NCBI GenBank assembly: GCA_963666985.2
Contig: CAXXIA010000002.1
Span: 1,536,001 to 1,600,000, forward strand
Length of the DNA stretch: 64,000 bases
Direction of reading: 5' to 3'
From: Spirochaetia bacterium
Lineage (GTDB): Bacteria > Spirochaetota > Spirochaetia > DSM-2461
The notes under the pieces are model-generated. The model was not told the origin of the DNA. It saw only the letters and a program-made list of their open reading frames with translations, and did no database searches. The position numbers were made by a program, and so were the translations under genes. Below, piece after piece: positions 61,924-64,000 of this stretch (positions within the stretch are counted from its first letter, which is position 1; every line of letters starts with the position of its first letter).

Positions 61924-63672
61924 ATGGCCGAAAAAACCTCCTGGGAACGACTTAATCCCTACCGCGGTGAATTCATTAAAGGCGAATGGCCCACGATTTC
62001 GGAACAATTTCATCTCTCGGCCCATCTCTTCCCGGATGCTCCCGCCTTCACGCAGTTCTCGCCGGTAGAAGTCCGTATAACCTACAGAGAAGCACGCGAG
62101 TACATAGCCAAAATCGCCTCCTGGCTGGCCGGCAAAGGCCTTAAGAAAGGAGACCGCGTTGTCCTCACGGGCAAGAACTCTCCCTGGTGGGCCCTCGGGT
62201 ATCTGGGCACCCTGGAAGCCGGCGGCGTTATCGTCCCGCTGGACGTTCAAATGGAAGAACCCACCGCCGACAAGCTCATCGATTTCGTGGAATCCAAATT
62301 CCTCTTCGCCGACAAAGACAAACACGAAGCCTTGGGCGGAAGAAAAACAGGCGTTAAGCATAAAGTCAGCCTTACCCCCGGATTCGGCGACTTCATCGGG
62401 GATCTTCCCGCGGGAAAGAAAACCGAATTCCCCGAAGTCTTCGAAAACGATCTGGCCGCCATCCTCTTCACATCGGGAACCACCGGCATGGAAAAAGGCG
62501 TCATGCTCTCCCATAAAAACTTCATGACCGACGTATTCCAGGCCTGCCATCCGGACTTTCTTCACGCCGAACAGACGGACGTCTGGTACGCCCTTCTGCC
62601 GCTGCACCACAGCTACTGCATGACCGCCGTCTTTCTGGAAAGCATCACCCACGGATCCGAACTCGTCTTCGCCCAGGCCATCGTCGTGGACAAAATCATG
62701 AAAGATTTGGAACTCGGCCGCATCACGATGTTCATGGGAATCCCCCTGCTCTACAACAAAATCCTCAAAGGCATGATGAAGCAGGTCCGCGCCAAAGGCC
62801 TGGCGGTCCATATCATCGTCGGTCTTCTCATGCGCATCAGCGGCCTGTTCAAATTCTTCTTCAAAGTGAACATCGGTAAAAAAATCTTCGGCAACATGCT
62901 TCTTAAAAAAGCCAACCTCTACAACCTGAAATACATGATTTCCGGCGGCGGCCCCCTGGCCCCCGAAACCGTACGCCGCTACCAGCAGCTGGGACTGGAC
63001 TTCGTTCAGGGCTACGGCATGACCGAAACCGCCCCCATCTCCGCCCTGAATCCCGCTCAGGCCTTTAAAATCAAATCCGTCGGCAAAGTCCTCACCCTCC
63101 TTGAAATGACCATCAAAAACAAAGACGACGAAGGCATCGGCGAAGTCTGCGTGAAGGGCCCCATCTGCTGCCTGGGCTATTGGAAAAATCAGGAAGCCAC
63201 CGACGAACTCTTCGACGAAGAAGGCTGGCTGCACACAGGCGATTTGGGCTACCTGGACAAAGACAATTACCTCTACCTAACAGGGCGAAGCAAAAACCTC
63301 ATCGTCACCGCGGGCGGCAAGAACGTCTTCCCCGAAGAAGTCGAAGACCACTTCCAGCTCTACCACCAGATTGAGCAGATCATGGTTCGCGGATTCATGG
63401 CCGACGAAGCCACCCGCACCGAAGGCATCGAAGCCATCATCTACCCCAGCAAAGAGCATTACCAGAGCCTGGGAACCTACGAAAGCGAGTTCATCCACAA
63501 AGACATCCACCAGGCCGTGAAAACCGTCAACCGGGAAATCCTGGCTTACAAACGCATCGACCGCATCCGCATCGTCGACGAGCCTCTCCCCATGACCTCC
63601 ACGCGAAAAATCAAACGCCCCGAGGTTAATAAAATGTTTCCGATTGACCCCAAAGGAACGATTCCCGTATAA
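61924..63672 (+). CDS. Long-chain fatty acyl-CoA synthetase (AMP-binding)
   Basis: FTSGTTGMEKG, GYGMTE, WLHTGDLG, GGKNVFPEEVE. Confidence 0.92.
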   Translation: MAEKTSWERLNPYRGEFIKGEWPTISEQFHLSAHLFPDAPAFTQFSPVEVRITYREAREYIAKIASWLAGKGLKKGDRVVLTGKNSPWWALGYLGTLEAGGVIVPLDVQMEEPTADKLIDFVESKFLFADKDKHEALGGRKTGVKHKVSLTPGFGDFIGDLPAGKKTEFPEVFENDLAAILFTSGTTGMEKGVMLSHKNFMTDVFQACHPDFLHAEQTDVWYALLPLHHSYCMTAVFLESITHGSELVFAQAIVVDKIMKDLELGRITMFMGIPLLYNKILKGMMKQVRAKGLAVHIIVGLLMRISGLFKFFFKVNIGKKIFGNMLLKKANLYNLKYMISGGGPLAPETVRRYQQLGLDFVQGYGMTETAPISALNPAQAFKIKSVGKVLTLLEMTIKNKDDEGIGEVCVKGPICCLGYWKNQEATDELFDEEGWLHTGDLGYLDKDNYLYLTGRSKNLIVTAGGKNVFPEEVEDHFQLYHQIEQIMVRGFMADEATRTEGIEAIIYPSKEHYQSLGTYESEFIHKDIHQAVKTVNREILAYKRIDRIRIVDEPLPMTSTRKIKRPEVNKMFPIDPKGTIPV

Positions 63673-63894
63673 CTTTTTTACATATGACCCCCGAAGCCGA
63701 ATCGAAACACGCCTTTCCCGAATCGTCCCCGTCCGCTCCCGCCGAAACCGGCGGCCCCTCATCGGCCTCCGGCAATCTGTAGAGAAGACTTAATTAGTTA
63801 TTGCCACAGGCGGCAAAGGGGGGAAAAATAATAGTGTTTAATTTATGTATCCATCAGCAATTCAATCGTTTCCTTATGAACAGCAATTAAACCG

Positions 63895-63966
63895 TCTTGC
63901 CGCATTTGAGAAAGTTCCCGACTGACGGCGCTTCTGTCGGCGGAAACCGCGGAGGCTAAAACCTCC
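63895..63966 (+). ncRNA. Possible rpsB (S2/t44-like) leader RNA
   Basis: CCGC/GCGG outer stem, TTCC-CGAC...GTCG-GC-GGAA inner stem with a GGCGC loop, then GCGGAGGCTAAAACC; the downstream gene is outside the window. Confidence 0.35.
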
Positions 63967-64000
63967 CGTGTACATCCTAATTTTACCGTTCGGCTTTTTT

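Noticed and set aside
61822..63234. 470-aa antisense ORF within the acyl-CoA synthetase
   Set aside because: Strong C-ending codon bias of the sense gene suppresses antisense stops; not protein-like
1..64000. CRISPR arrays, tRNA/rRNA, integrases, transposases, reverse transcriptases, prophage genes
   Set aside because: No regularly spaced repeats or matching motifs found by eye or in the ORF track

Overview
Bacterial chromosomal window with about 50 CDS. Gene content suggests a free-living spirochaete (inference only: LLFSC/LAGC lipoproteins, small beta-barrel OMP paralogues, MMPL-LolA-barrel operon, RRM protein). In order it holds: a YesN/YesM-type two-component system with an esterase and a sugar ABC transporter; an orphan SsuA/THI5-like binding protein; a putative lipid-transport locus (NPAG barrel, DAG-kinase family, TetR, MMPL, LolA-like, second barrel); truncated KdpD, KdpE and TrkH; PBP1C with an alpha-2-macroglobulin; an RRM/DEAD-box cluster; an SGNH-GPH permease-GH2 glucuronidase-unknown protein cluster; a solo class III nucleotidyl cyclase; two OMP paralogues; a cation:proton antiporter with an EIIA-PII fusion; a methyltransferase with a structured leader; a degenerate GH36 coupled to an RNase HII-like gene; rlmN; a NapH-like/FMN-binding pair; and an acyl-CoA synthetase. 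I found no rRNA, tRNA, CRISPR array, integrase or transposase. Notable non-ORF signals are a dispersed palindromic MITE-like repeat family, about seven leaderless-type promoters, two single-base frameshifts that cut off N-terminal targeting sequences, and recurrent in-frame GC-rich loop expansions. No single novel system is proven. The best leads are ranked in findings. All family calls come from motif recognition by eye, not database searches.
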